This document shows positions 33,309 through 41,820 of a stretch of DNA of 64,000 nucleotides, piece by piece. Origin of the DNA: an uncultured Chloroflexia bacterium (GTDB taxonomy: Bacteria; Chloroflexota; Limnocylindria; Limnocylindrales; CSP1-4); the NCBI GenBank assembly GCA_963720755.1, contig CAVRGP010000011.1, positions 800,001 through 864,000 of the forward strand. Direction: 5' to 3'. Below the pieces are notes generated by a model. That model saw only the letters and a program-made list of their open reading frames with translations, was not told the origin of the DNA and made no database searches. Within the stretch, counting starts at the first letter, position 1, and every line of letters starts with the position of its first letter. The translations under genes and the position numbers were made by a program.

Positions 33309-33937
33309 CCGACGACGAGCGACCGGACGACAAGCGGCCACCGACCGAGGAGGAATGGCGGCAATGGGCGGAGGCGAACGGCTGGGAGTATTCCGAGGGC
33401 AAGGGGCCGAAGGGGAACCCGCCCACCGAGGCCGGCCATCGGTCCGGGCTAGTGCGCCAGTGGACGGACCCCGACGGCACCATGCACCGTGAAATCAGCC
33501 TCCGGTACCACGGCGACCATGGGGAGGAGTTGACCGACGACGAGCGGGAACGGCTGGGCGACTTTCTACCGGATGTCTGGGCTGAGTTCGAAAAGACGAA
33601 GCTCGGCGGGAGGCCGTTTTCGCGGCGCTTGGCTGACACCGACAAGGGCCCGGGGAAGCCCGGCCGTCCTGTGAGGCCCGATCCCGAGCATTTCTCTCTG
33701 AACAATCGCGAGCACGCCAAAACACTTGAAAAGGCATGGAGAGATGCCGCGCCGTACCCGGACGAGTTCGGGGTCATGCACCCCCGAACGTGGGAACGGA
33801 TCGCGAGTAAGGCGTACCGGTCGACGACGACGATCCGAGAGGTTTTCGACCGGGACGAGTTCGACCGCGAACACTTCTTCGACCACGGTGAGCTAGTCCG
33901 CCTGCCGAAGCCGGCTGGGGAAGTTTCCGAGGAATAA
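33305..33937 (+). CDS. hypothetical protein, possible C-terminal HTH (regulator)
   Basis: ATG 33305 is coupled to the integrase stop. TWERIASKAYRSTTTIREVF resembles an HTH. Confidence 0.55.
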   Translation: MTDDERPDDKRPPTEEEWRQWAEANGWEYSEGKGPKGNPPTEAGHRSGLVRQWTDPDGTMHREISLRYHGDHGEELTDDERERLGDFLPDVWAEFEKTKLGGRPFSRRLADTDKGPGKPGRPVRPDPEHFSLNNREHAKTLEKAWRDAAPYPDEFGVMHPRTWERIASKAYRSTTTIREVFDRDEFDREHFFDHGELVRLPKPAGEVSEE

Positions 33938-33983
33938 TCCCGAAACAGTTTTAGCCTCGGCCGAGGACGTAGATGCTCGTCTC

Positions 33984-34199
33984 ATGGCATCCACGGACCG
34001 CAAGCCGCAACGCATCTACGTCCCGCTCCCGGCTGACGTGCTCGACGCTGTCCTGGTCGCCGCCTGGCGCGAGGATCGCGAACCGCAAGCCCAGATCGTG
34101 CGATACGTCACGACGGCGCTACGGCACGACGGCTACCTCGCCGAGCCCGACCCCGAAGACGCTCCGCCCTGGCTGGCCGTCGACAAGGCCGGACGATGA
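33984..34199 (+). CDS. small ribbon-helix-helix-like DNA-binding protein
   Basis: KPQRIYVPLPADVLDAV..AWRE beta-alpha-alpha pattern, coupled to the next gene. Confidence 0.55.
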   Translation: MASTDRKPQRIYVPLPADVLDAVLVAAWREDREPQAQIVRYVTTALRHDGYLAEPDPEDAPPWLAVDKAGR

Positions 34200-34444
34200 G
34201 CGACCGACTGGCCGCGGCCGTCGCCGAACTCGTCGAGGCGCTCCGCGAGGACGTGCGGGCCGAGACCGTCGACGCCCCGGACCGGCTGCTATCGGTCGAT
34301 GAGGCCGCGGCGCTGCTCGGCATCGGCCGATCCGTTCTGTATTCCCTCATCGGGTCGGGGCGTATCCGCTCGATTTCGGTCGGACGGCGGAGGCTCATTC
34401 CCTCGAGCGCGGTCCGCGAGTTCGTCGACGAGGCCGGACGTTGA
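34196..34444 (+). CDS. excisionase-family HTH protein
   Basis: LLSVDEAAALLGIGRSVLYSLIGSGRIRSISVGRRRLIP. Confidence 0.88.
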   Translation: MSDRLAAAVAELVEALREDVRAETVDAPDRLLSVDEAAALLGIGRSVLYSLIGSGRIRSISVGRRRLIPSSAVREFVDEAGR

Positions 34445-34686
34445 CGCGCCTCTCGCAGACGTGCCCCCACTGCGGGACCACTGAGGCCGCCGGCTTCTAC
34501 TGCACGCGTTGTTTGGCGCGCACTGAGCCCGCATGGCTGCACCCCGACCGCCGACTCGGGCAAGGACGCCACCAGGCACCCCGCAAGCCCGTAGCGCACG
34601 TCCAAATCGCGCAGGAAGCGTTTTGGACGGACCCGGAGTCCGTGACCACGCCCAGCCCACAGACAAGAGGAGTGAAAGCCCCGTGA
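34441..34686 (+). CDS. small zinc-ribbon protein
   Basis: CPHC..CTRC, with 4-bp overlaps to both neighbours. Confidence 0.55.
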   Translation: MTRLSQTCPHCGTTEAAGFYCTRCLARTEPAWLHPDRRLGQGRHQAPRKPVAHVQIAQEAFWTDPESVTTPSPQTRGVKAP

Positions 34687-35321
34687 CGACCGCCATTCAC
34701 ACCCGCCGCAGCGCCGCCACCGTCACCCGCAACAAGAACGCGCACCCGCCCCTGGTCGGCGACGCCAAGGCGTTTATCCCAAACCCCAAGGCCGACTATC
34801 ACCTCGCTGTGATGGCGGAGCGCCCTGGATTTGTCCATCATCGCTACGTCGACGAGCTGCTCCGCTACCGCGCCAACCAGGAAGCCGCCCGGGTAGCCCT
34901 CGCGGCGGACCCCAAAGCTCGGGTCCAGGTGCCCATGCCGCAGCAGCTGGTCGACGCGCACCGCGCGGATGTCCGCGTGAAGCTCGAGCGATACGACGAG
35001 TTGTCAGCCCTCGAGCCGGTCGACCGCGAGTCGCTCGAGCTCGAGTTCAACGAGCGCGCCTTGGTCGATCCGTCGGCGGCCCTGGTCTGGGGCCACCAGC
35101 ACTACGTCGGCGCGATCGTCGCGCAGGAGAACTTGCGCCGCGAACGACTGCGCCTGGCGGGAGACCTCGGCCACGCCCTTCCGGGACCGATCCCGCCGAC
35201 TCTGAAGCCGGGCGACCCGCTCCGGCATTTTCAGATCGCCAACCTACCCAACCTTATCGACCTTCTCCGGGAGGCCCTTGCCACCGCACCTAGCCCAGCA
35301 ACGAAAGGGACCAAGCGATGA
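34683..35321 (+). CDS. hypothetical protein
   Basis: RBS GAGGAG and GTG 34683, translational coupling at both ends. Confidence 0.65.
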   Translation: MTTAIHTRRSAATVTRNKNAHPPLVGDAKAFIPNPKADYHLAVMAERPGFVHHRYVDELLRYRANQEAARVALAADPKARVQVPMPQQLVDAHRADVRVKLERYDELSALEPVDRESLELEFNERALVDPSAALVWGHQHYVGAIVAQENLRRERLRLAGDLGHALPGPIPPTLKPGDPLRHFQIANLPNLIDLLREALATAPSPATKGTKR

Positions 35322-35536
35322 CCACAACCCCGAACACGATCCGACAAGACCCAGCCCGAACCGCATTGGAGCGGGAACGAGCGCGAGCCCGCTACGCCCG
35401 ACTGCGAGAGGAACTCGGCCTGCCGCCGCTCACGCGCCGCCGGGTCGATCGGTGGCGCGGTGGGCGCTTCCTGGCCGTCGACTCCAAGCGAACGCTGATC
35501 TTTGATGCCGAGCCTGGCCGCGGCATTCCGGGATGA
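35318..35536 (+). CDS. hypothetical basic protein
   Basis: RBS AAAGGGA, ATGA overlap with the previous gene. Confidence 0.45.
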   Translation: MTTTPNTIRQDPARTALERERARARYARLREELGLPPLTRRRVDRWRGGRFLAVDSKRTLIFDAEPGRGIPG

Positions 35537-36629
35537 ACTCGAGCCTCGGATTCAGTCTCTGCCTCCTCCGCCCGATCTGACCTTGGTGAGCGTGATGTCG
35601 GCGGAACCCTATGTCTCGATGGAGCCGTGTCCGAAGAAGTGTGGCCAAGGCTGGCACCTGCCGCCGCACGCTCATCTCAGGCTCACGAATGGCGGCATGA
35701 CAGCGCCGGAACTCGACCACCTGCGAGGGATGAACGCCGCCGACTTGCTCGCGATCGACATCCCGGCGCTGCGCCAGGCGGTCGCAGGACTCCTGCCCGA
35801 GGGACTGGGAGTGATCGGGGCTCCCCCGAAGGCTGGCAAGAGCGTCCTCGCCTATCAACTGGCCGTCGAACTCGTCTTCGGCGGAGAGGTCCTCGGGGTA
35901 AAGGCCGAGCGCCGGGCCGTCCGCTACTACGCACTCGAGGACGGCCAGCGCCGGTCCCAGAGTCGTATCCGGGAGCTTCTGAAGGGACGCGGGGCCGGAC
36001 TGGTCAGTCTCGACCTCCAGTGGACGGCACCGAAGCTCGGCGGGCCACTCGAGGAGGAGGTCGGGATCTGGCTCGACGCCCATCCCCTCGGCGTCGTGAT
36101 CATCGACGTCCTGTCGAAGGTCCGAGCCGCCGGCAAGGCGGGGCTCAATGCCTACGATGAGGACTACGCGGCCATCGTCGGGTTGCACAACGAAGCGCGT
36201 CAGCATCCGGGTTCGACCATCCTCCTCGTCACCCATGACCGGAAGGCAGGCTCGGACGACTGGATGACGCGGATCACCGGGACCAGGGGTGTCACCGGGG
36301 CCGCCGACTTCGTCATCTTCATCTCCCGCAAGCGGACCGAGATGCTCGGCACCATCTTCGTGACCGGACGGGACATCGAGGACAAGGCATTCGACGTCGA
36401 GTTCACCGGGACGAGTTGGCGACCGGCCGACATCGACCTGCTCATCGGCACCAGGTCCCGGACACGCCAGACGATCTTCAACTGGGTCAAGGAGAACGGC
36501 CCAGCCTGGCAGAAGGCGATCGCCGAGGGGACCGGATTGCCGCTGACGACCGTCCACGCGCGGGTCCATGACATGGTCGGGGACGAGGAACTGGTCGGTG
36601 GACCGAGTGGGTATGTCGTCCCGGACTGA
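35505..36629 (+). CDS. RepA-like (AAA_25, SF4-type) replicative helicase with C-terminal HTH; start uncertain
   Basis: GAPPKAGKS Walker A, ALED, VVIIDVL Walker B, LVTHDRK, GRDIED, QKAIAEGTGLPLTTVHARV. Confidence 0.85.
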   Translation: MPSLAAAFRDELEPRIQSLPPPPDLTLVSVMSAEPYVSMEPCPKKCGQGWHLPPHAHLRLTNGGMTAPELDHLRGMNAADLLAIDIPALRQAVAGLLPEGLGVIGAPPKAGKSVLAYQLAVELVFGGEVLGVKAERRAVRYYALEDGQRRSQSRIRELLKGRGAGLVSLDLQWTAPKLGGPLEEEVGIWLDAHPLGVVIIDVLSKVRAAGKAGLNAYDEDYAAIVGLHNEARQHPGSTILLVTHDRKAGSDDWMTRITGTRGVTGAADFVIFISRKRTEMLGTIFVTGRDIEDKAFDVEFTGTSWRPADIDLLIGTRSRTRQTIFNWVKENGPAWQKAIAEGTGLPLTTVHARVHDMVGDEELVGGPSGYVVPD

Positions 36630-36640
36630 TCTCGGGATGG

Positions 36641-36761
36641 CTGACGGCGCTTACGGGACTGACGGGACTTACGGCCCGAACCAAGACATGGAGGCGTGCT
36701 TGCTCGCCCTATCTGCCGTAAGCGTCGTAAGTGGAAGGCTTACGGCTTACGGGACTTACGG
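36641..36761. repeat. iteron-like CT(T/G)ACGG cluster, putative replication origin
   Basis: Four copies at 9-bp period (36641, 36650, 36659, 36668), two inverted (36716, 36725) and three more direct (36739, 36746, 36755), immediately after the helicase stop. Confidence 0.7.
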
Positions 36762-36930
36762 TGGTGTATGTGGGGTATCTGCGGAAAGTTCACGGTTCTT
36801 TGAGCCTGCTAACCCCCGTTCAGGAGCATTTCCGAATATAGGCCCGGAGGTCTCCGCCACCAGCTTGTAAGTAAAGATCCTGCTGGACGGGGGTTACCGA
36901 CCTTGGAGAACTCCGAACTTTCCGACGCAC

Positions 36931-37887
36931 ATGCCGGGGCTGTCCGTTGACAGGAGGCAGGAACATCGGTGGATGGATTACCGGTGGGTAGGCGACGGCG
37001 TTGCAAGGGATTCCGAGGGTGAGGTGTGGGAGGTCGTCAGCTCGCCCGATGGGTCGTGGGCGATCCTCACGAGGGACGCTGACGACACGTATGAGCATGT
37101 CGGTTGCCGGACGTCCGGTCCTGGCCGGTACCGGCTCGTCGAGGGTTCCGCGACCCGCTGCCAAGGTCAGCTCGATCGACCCAATAACGCCCGTGTCGCC
37201 AACAATGGAACCTTTCTGGTGAGTGACTGGCTGTTCGGGGACGACCGAGCGTGTCGCGTTTGCGTCTTTGACAAGGCGGGCACGCCGCTTATCGACGGTC
37301 GATATGCTGCGAATGTCCTTGCCACGGCCCTATCCGATGACGGTCGGTTCGGGGCGCTGCAGCTCGCAAGCAACCCCGACGCCCCGGACTTCGATGATCT
37401 GGCGATCGTGTGGGATCTCGAGCTTGGGATCACCCTTTGGTCGAAGCAGCTGGAGGGCGGGCCGGCGCGAACAATCGTGCTCGACACGGCTGCCGGTGTT
37501 CTCCGGTCCATGACCAGCCGTGACGGATGGGTGGAGTACGACCTTGCCACGGGCAGCACTGACATCGCGGCATTGAGGGATACCTTCCTCGAACAAGGGA
37601 ACGGGTTCGAGGTCTTGGATCTCGTGATGGACGAGGTGGCGACCGGGTCGGTTCGTGAGGACCGCGCTGCCGGTCTCATCGCGTACTGCGAAGCGGCCGC
37701 GGCCAAGCTTCAGCCTTACCCAAGCCACCAGGCTCGTGCGCTTCGAGTGGCCGGCGAGATTGCCGAGACGCAACATGATCCAGTCACCGCCCTGCGATAT
37801 TGGGACCGCGCCTTGGCTATCGACCCGAAGGTGGGCGTAAGGATGCGAGCCAAGGCATTGAGGGCATCCGTGGTCACACAGGACTGA
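36931..37887 (+). CDS. hypothetical cargo protein (beta-repeat N-terminus, C-terminal TPR)
   Basis: SSPDG/LSDDG blade-like repeats, ALRYWDRALAIDPKVG TPR-like end. Confidence 0.65.
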   Translation: MPGLSVDRRQEHRWMDYRWVGDGVARDSEGEVWEVVSSPDGSWAILTRDADDTYEHVGCRTSGPGRYRLVEGSATRCQGQLDRPNNARVANNGTFLVSDWLFGDDRACRVCVFDKAGTPLIDGRYAANVLATALSDDGRFGALQLASNPDAPDFDDLAIVWDLELGITLWSKQLEGGPARTIVLDTAAGVLRSMTSRDGWVEYDLATGSTDIAALRDTFLEQGNGFEVLDLVMDEVATGSVREDRAAGLIAYCEAAAAKLQPYPSHQARALRVAGEIAETQHDPVTALRYWDRALAIDPKVGVRMRAKALRASVVTQD

Positions 37888-37920
37888 ACTTCGGAGCAGG
37901 CAACCGAGCGAGGTCGATAG

Positions 37921-38991
37921 ATGGGAATCCGGTACCGCAAGAGCATCAGGCTTGGCGGAGGTGTCCGACTCAACCTCAGCAAGTCCGGAATGGGGATGTC
38001 CGCCGGTATCCCCGGGTTCAGAGTCGGCACCAACTCGTCGGGGCGGATCACGCGGTATATGGGCATTCCGGGGACCGGGCTGTATAGCCGATCCTCAGTC
38101 GGGTCCTCGCCCAGAGGGTCGAACACGAGGGCTCGACCTGCGTCATCCGGGCGTCGCCCGCAGTCGATACCAGCCAGCGAGGCTACGAACCTGCTGCCCA
38201 AGCCCGGTTGGCTTTCGGGAGCCGGCGAGAAGCGCTACTACGAGGGGGTCCAGGCGTACCTCAAGAGTGACTACGCATCCGCGCTGGCGGCATTCGCCGC
38301 GTGCCTGGTGGCCGAACCGAAAGCGGCCTCTGCCCATCTATTCGCGGCGCTCTGCGTCGGCAAACTCGATGGCCCAGACGTGGAGCAGATCCAGCACCTG
38401 GAGGCTGTGGTGGGTGGCTCCGACCCCATCCCGGATCGGCTTCAGACTAAGTACCTGCCTCCCGGCTTCGTCGAGCTCACGTTGACGGTCAAGATCACCG
38501 ACATGATCTGGGGCCAAGCGCCAGTTGGCTCGGTCGGGGCGACTTTGATGCTGGCTGAGTTGTACCAGGCCGGCGGTCGTCTCGAGGAAGCACTCGGCCT
38601 GATCCAGCAACTGCACGAAGCAGAACCGGCAGATACGACGATCCGGCTTTCCTTGGCCGACCTCTACTTTGCCGACCAGGACTTCGAAGGGGTCCTTGAT
38701 GCGGCGTCGTCCGCCATCAACGACTCTGATACTGGGGTCGCACTTCTCCACCTGCGGGCTGCCGCGCTCGTCCAGCTTGGCCACATGGACGGAGCACTCG
38801 ATGCCTTCCGTCAGGCGTTGGCAAAGACTTCCAATCGCGATCCGGACCTCCTCAAAGTCGTCCGGTACGATCGGGCTCTGGCCTACGAAGCCGCAGGCCA
38901 GCCCCGGAAAGCACGGATCGACCTAGAGAAGATCATGGCGACAGACCCTTCATATCTCGACGTGCGCGAGCGGCTTCAATCACTGCAATGA
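37921..38991 (+). CDS. DUF4236-domain + TPR protein
   Basis: MGIRYRKSIRLGGGVRLNLSKSG..GIPGTGLY N-terminus, multiple TPR helices. Confidence 0.8.
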   Translation: MGIRYRKSIRLGGGVRLNLSKSGMGMSAGIPGFRVGTNSSGRITRYMGIPGTGLYSRSSVGSSPRGSNTRARPASSGRRPQSIPASEATNLLPKPGWLSGAGEKRYYEGVQAYLKSDYASALAAFAACLVAEPKAASAHLFAALCVGKLDGPDVEQIQHLEAVVGGSDPIPDRLQTKYLPPGFVELTLTVKITDMIWGQAPVGSVGATLMLAELYQAGGRLEEALGLIQQLHEAEPADTTIRLSLADLYFADQDFEGVLDAASSAINDSDTGVALLHLRAAALVQLGHMDGALDAFRQALAKTSNRDPDLLKVVRYDRALAYEAAGQPRKARIDLEKIMATDPSYLDVRERLQSLQ

Positions 38992-39010
38992 CATCCGTAA
39001 AGGCGGTCAG

Positions 39011-39229
39011 TCACGGCCCCCGTCTCGCCGCCCGCTCCGCCTCGATCCACTCCGACCCAACCGACCAATACTCGCGATCGCGAGCCAGCCCCCGACGCAC
39101 CGCCTCGGCCTCCCAGGCAGCGCACCATCGCTCGGCCGTCTCGACCGGCATCCCGGTCCCGGCCAGCGTGTTCCGGACGGCCGCACGACGGGCCTGGTGG
39201 ATGCGCTCGGGATCGGCTCGGCGTGGCAT
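39011..39229 (-). CDS. 72-aa Trp-rich hypothetical protein (copy 1)
   Basis: 58/72 aa identical to 42525-42752, with mostly conservative changes. Confidence 0.8.
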   Translation of the reverse strand: MPRRADPERIHQARRAAVRNTLAGTGMPVETAERWCAAWEAEAVRRGLARDREYWSVGSEWIEAERAARRGP

Positions 39230-39250
39230 GGTGGGAGGGCACGGCGAGGC

Positions 39251-39279
39251 CGTGACGGGTTTGGGTGGCGGAGTACGCT
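39251..39279 (+). promoter_or_regulatory. conserved promoter, copy 1, divergent from the 72-aa gene
   Basis: CGTGACGGGTTTGGGTGGCGGAGTACGCT. -10 TACGCT lies 6 nt before GTG 39286. Near-identical copy at 42775-42802. Confidence 0.65.
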
Positions 39280-39285
39280 TCGAGT

Positions 39286-39987
39286 GTGACCAAACTCATC
39301 GCTGCAATCCTCGCGTCCGTGTGCCTGGCGGCCTGCGCCACAGGGGGATCGGTCTCAACGTCCGTCCTGCAAACGGTCGCCTCCGCCGACACTGGAGGCC
39401 CCGACGCGACATCGCTCCCCGAGGTCACGTCGCCTCCTCAGCCGGCATTCGATGTCATCCACCTCAAGGGCAAAGGCAAGAAGGTCGCCAAATTCAGCAT
39501 CCCCGAGGACTCGCCTGCCATTGCCGTCATCACCCACAAGGGCACGAGCAACTTCATCGTGCATTCGGTGGATAGCAGCGGCGACATCGTCACCGGTCTG
39601 GTGAACGAGATCGGCAATTACAGCGGAACGGTGCTCTTTGACAGCGGCTACGGGGAACATTCCGTTGCATTTGAGATCGACGCGGATGGAACCTGGACGA
39701 TCAACGTCAAGCCTGTCACGGCCGCGACGGCCTGGAACCCGGCGAAGCCCCTCAAGGGTCAGGGCGACGACGTCTACGTCGTGTCGCCACCGTCGAGCGG
39801 CTTGGTCACCCTGGATCTCACCTACAAGGGCAAATCCAACTTCATCGTCCACGCGTTTTCTCCTGATGGACCGGAGGGACTTGCCAACGAGATCGGCAAC
39901 TTCAAGGGACAGGTCCTCCTGCCAGACGGAACGTTCCTCATCGAGGTGACCGCCAACGGCGGAGTATGGACGATGGTCCCCGGATGA
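39286..39987 (+). CDS. predicted lipoprotein with two tandem beta-domains
   Basis: MTKLIAAILASVCLAAC lipobox, internal repeat KG.SNFIVH..GL.NEIGN..G.VL twice. Confidence 0.8.
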   Translation: MTKLIAAILASVCLAACATGGSVSTSVLQTVASADTGGPDATSLPEVTSPPQPAFDVIHLKGKGKKVAKFSIPEDSPAIAVITHKGTSNFIVHSVDSSGDIVTGLVNEIGNYSGTVLFDSGYGEHSVAFEIDADGTWTINVKPVTAATAWNPAKPLKGQGDDVYVVSPPSSGLVTLDLTYKGKSNFIVHAFSPDGPEGLANEIGNFKGQVLLPDGTFLIEVTANGGVWTMVPG

Positions 39988-40036
39988 GCATCGAGAGATA
40001 ACCCGCAGCTAAGCGCCCAACCGCTGGCCTGACCTC

Positions 40037-40103
40037 GCCTCGGCTCCGGTCCCGGACTCGCGATCCCGTGTCGCGCGGCCAGCCTGTCCGGGCCGACCGG
40101 GGC
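40037..40103. repeat. cargo-boundary hairpin, copy E (diverged, complete)
   Basis: CCTCGG-CTC-CGG-T-CCCGGAC ... GTCCGGG-CCG-A-CCGGGG. Homologous to 41319-41385 with compensatory changes. Confidence 0.65.
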
Positions 40104-40107
40104 TACG

Positions 40108-40545
40108 TCACGCTGACAGCCGCTCGCCGATCCGACGCGCGAGTTCCGCGACGAACTCGCGATCGACACGCGGTCCAGCCTCGTCGCTTTCATACCACGG
40201 CACGTCGGCCGAGGTGCCGGGGTGGCGGCAAAAGAGATGCTCGTGGAAATGCGCCGCGCCAGTCCCGATGACGGCCGCGAAGACGAACTCGGGGCCTACC
40301 TCAGCGCGCAGCGCCTGGGCTAGTCGGGTGCGAAGTCGCCCGAGCGCGGCGGCCTCATCCTCGGATAGGTCGGCGACATAGCCGAGATGGCGATCGCTCT
40401 CGATAATGAGATACCCGAGCGGGGCGGTCCCGTCGTCTCCGGGCGGAGCATGCCAGACCCAGAAACCATCGAGACGGGCGATCCGCTCGCCACCCAGTGG
40501 TCCCTCGCCGCGGTGCTTGGCGCAGATCAGGCAATCTGCCGTCAT
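40108..40545 (-). CDS. HIT-family protein
   Basis: DCLICAKH, GYLIIES.RH, AHFHEHLF (HxHxH), RBS GGGAG. Confidence 0.82.
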   Translation of the reverse strand: MTADCLICAKHRGEGPLGGERIARLDGFWVWHAPPGDDGTAPLGYLIIESDRHLGYVADLSEDEAAALGRLRTRLAQALRAEVGPEFVFAAVIGTGAAHFHEHLFCRHPGTSADVPWYESDEAGPRVDREFVAELARRIGERLSA

Positions 40546-40578
40546 CGACTTCGCTCCCTACGGTCCGGGGTTCCATTC

Positions 40579-40610
40579 TCCCGTACTCGCGATCCCGCGT
40601 CATGCGGCCA
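40579..40610. repeat. cargo-boundary hairpin, copy F (central part only)
   Basis: TCCCGTACTCGCGATCCCGCGTCATGCGGCCA, 28/32 identical to 40050-40081. Confidence 0.6.
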
Positions 40611-40870
40611 TCAACACGGTCGACGCCTGTGTCGCCACCGATGATTTTTGCGGCAACGCGAACGTGTGGCCGTTGACCGCATTTGCAGTGGTTACCGTCG
40701 GGGCCGGCGCGGTGGCGGCGGGGGTGGTCGCCGTTCGCGCTACTCGGTAGCCGCCCTGGTGTTATTGGCGCACGCTCGCCAAGGCCAGTATGACCACGCC
40801 CGGAGTGGTGGTCGGATCGCGTCACGTCGATCCGATTGCGTGTCGCACCCTCAACCGTCAGGCTGCATCC

Positions 40871-41308
40871 ATGCGGCAGATCCGGGAGCTGGCGCCGAAC
40901 GAGATCGAACGGGTCGGTGCCGTGCTCGGTCTGGCCCGCCTCGGGCAGGGCGATGGCTACTACCTGATTGCATGGGAGGACGATGAGCCGCTTGGCCACG
41001 CTCACCTGGCCCTCACCGACCCACCCGAACTCCAGGATGTCTCGGTGCGTCCTGAGTATCGGCGGCAAGGCATCGCGACGGCCCTGGCCGGCGCGGCCGA
41101 GCGGGCGGCGGTCGCCCGTGGATCCGCCCGACTCCGACTTTCGGTAAGCGTCGACAACAACGCGGCGCTGGCACTGTATCGCCACCTCGGCTACTGCGAC
41201 GTCGGGGTTCCGCCCAGACGGGTGCACGGCACCATCCGGATCCGCACCGGCACGCTTGAGGTCGACGACACGCTACTCACCTTGGAGAAGTCACTCGTCC
41301 CCACCTAG
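40871..41308 (+). CDS. GNAT acetyltransferase
   Basis: VSVRPEYRRQGIATAL, LSVSVDNNAALALYRHLGY. ATG 40871 lies 6 nt after CAGGCT. Confidence 0.88.
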   Translation: MRQIRELAPNEIERVGAVLGLARLGQGDGYYLIAWEDDEPLGHAHLALTDPPELQDVSVRPEYRRQGIATALAGAAERAAVARGSARLRLSVSVDNNAALALYRHLGYCDVGVPPRRVHGTIRIRTGTLEVDDTLLTLEKSLVPT

Positions 41309-41385
41309 TCTCACGCGACCCCGGCCCCGCGTCCGGGCCGACGATCCCGCCGTCGTGCGGCCAGTCGAGCCCGGAGCGACCGGGG
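41307..41385. repeat. cargo-boundary hairpin, copy A (complete)
   Basis: CCCCGG-CCC-CGC-G-TCCGGGC-CGAC ... GTCG-A-GCCCGGA-GCG-A-CCGGGG, starting at the GNAT stop codon. Confidence 0.8.
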
Positions 41386-41403
41386 CGGTGTAGGCTGACC
41401 CTC

Positions 41404-41637
41404 ATGAACCTCCTGCGCGCGATCGCCAGGCCACTGGTGCTCGCGGCCGTGGTCGGCTGGACGGCGCTGGTCCTGCTCGCGCAGGCGTTCAAAGGGTCGA
41501 GCGTCGGCGGCCCTGCCTGCCGCACGGACCCGAATTGCGGTGAGGTGCTCTGGATCCCCGTGGCAGCATGGCTTGGGGGTTGTCTTGTCATCCTCGTGAT
41601 TGGCTATTGGATCCGGCACCGAGGCAAGGCGGACTAG
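41404..41637 (+). CDS. small two-TM membrane protein
   Basis: Two hydrophobic helices around a Cys-pair loop. TAGGCT -10 lies 7 nt upstream. Flanked by hairpins A and B. Confidence 0.7.
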   Translation: MNLLRAIARPLVLAAVVGWTALVLLAQAFKGSSVGGPACRTDPNCGEVLWIPVAAWLGGCLVILVIGYWIRHRGKAD

Positions 41638-41643
41638 CCTGAG

Positions 41644-41700
41644 GCGTCCGGGCCGACGATCCCGCCTACGTGCGGCCCGTCGAACCCGGAGCGACCGGGG
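41644..41700. repeat. cargo-boundary hairpin, copy B (left end missing)
   Basis: 53/57 identical to 41329-41385. Confidence 0.85.
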
Positions 41701-41702
41701 GT

Positions 41703-41726
41703 CGCTGTTAGCATCGAGTTAGCATC
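41703..41726 (+). repeat. putative integrase arm-type sites, distal end
   Basis: CGCTGTTAGCATCGAGTTAGCATC, same orientation as 31959-31982. Confidence 0.75.
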
Positions 41727-41820
41727 AGGGGCGGATATCCCCGGATTCTGAACCCGGTCGGAACCCCGATTCGTGCGTGAATCCGTCGCCGATAGACGCC
41801 AATGGACGCGGCAGACGAGA

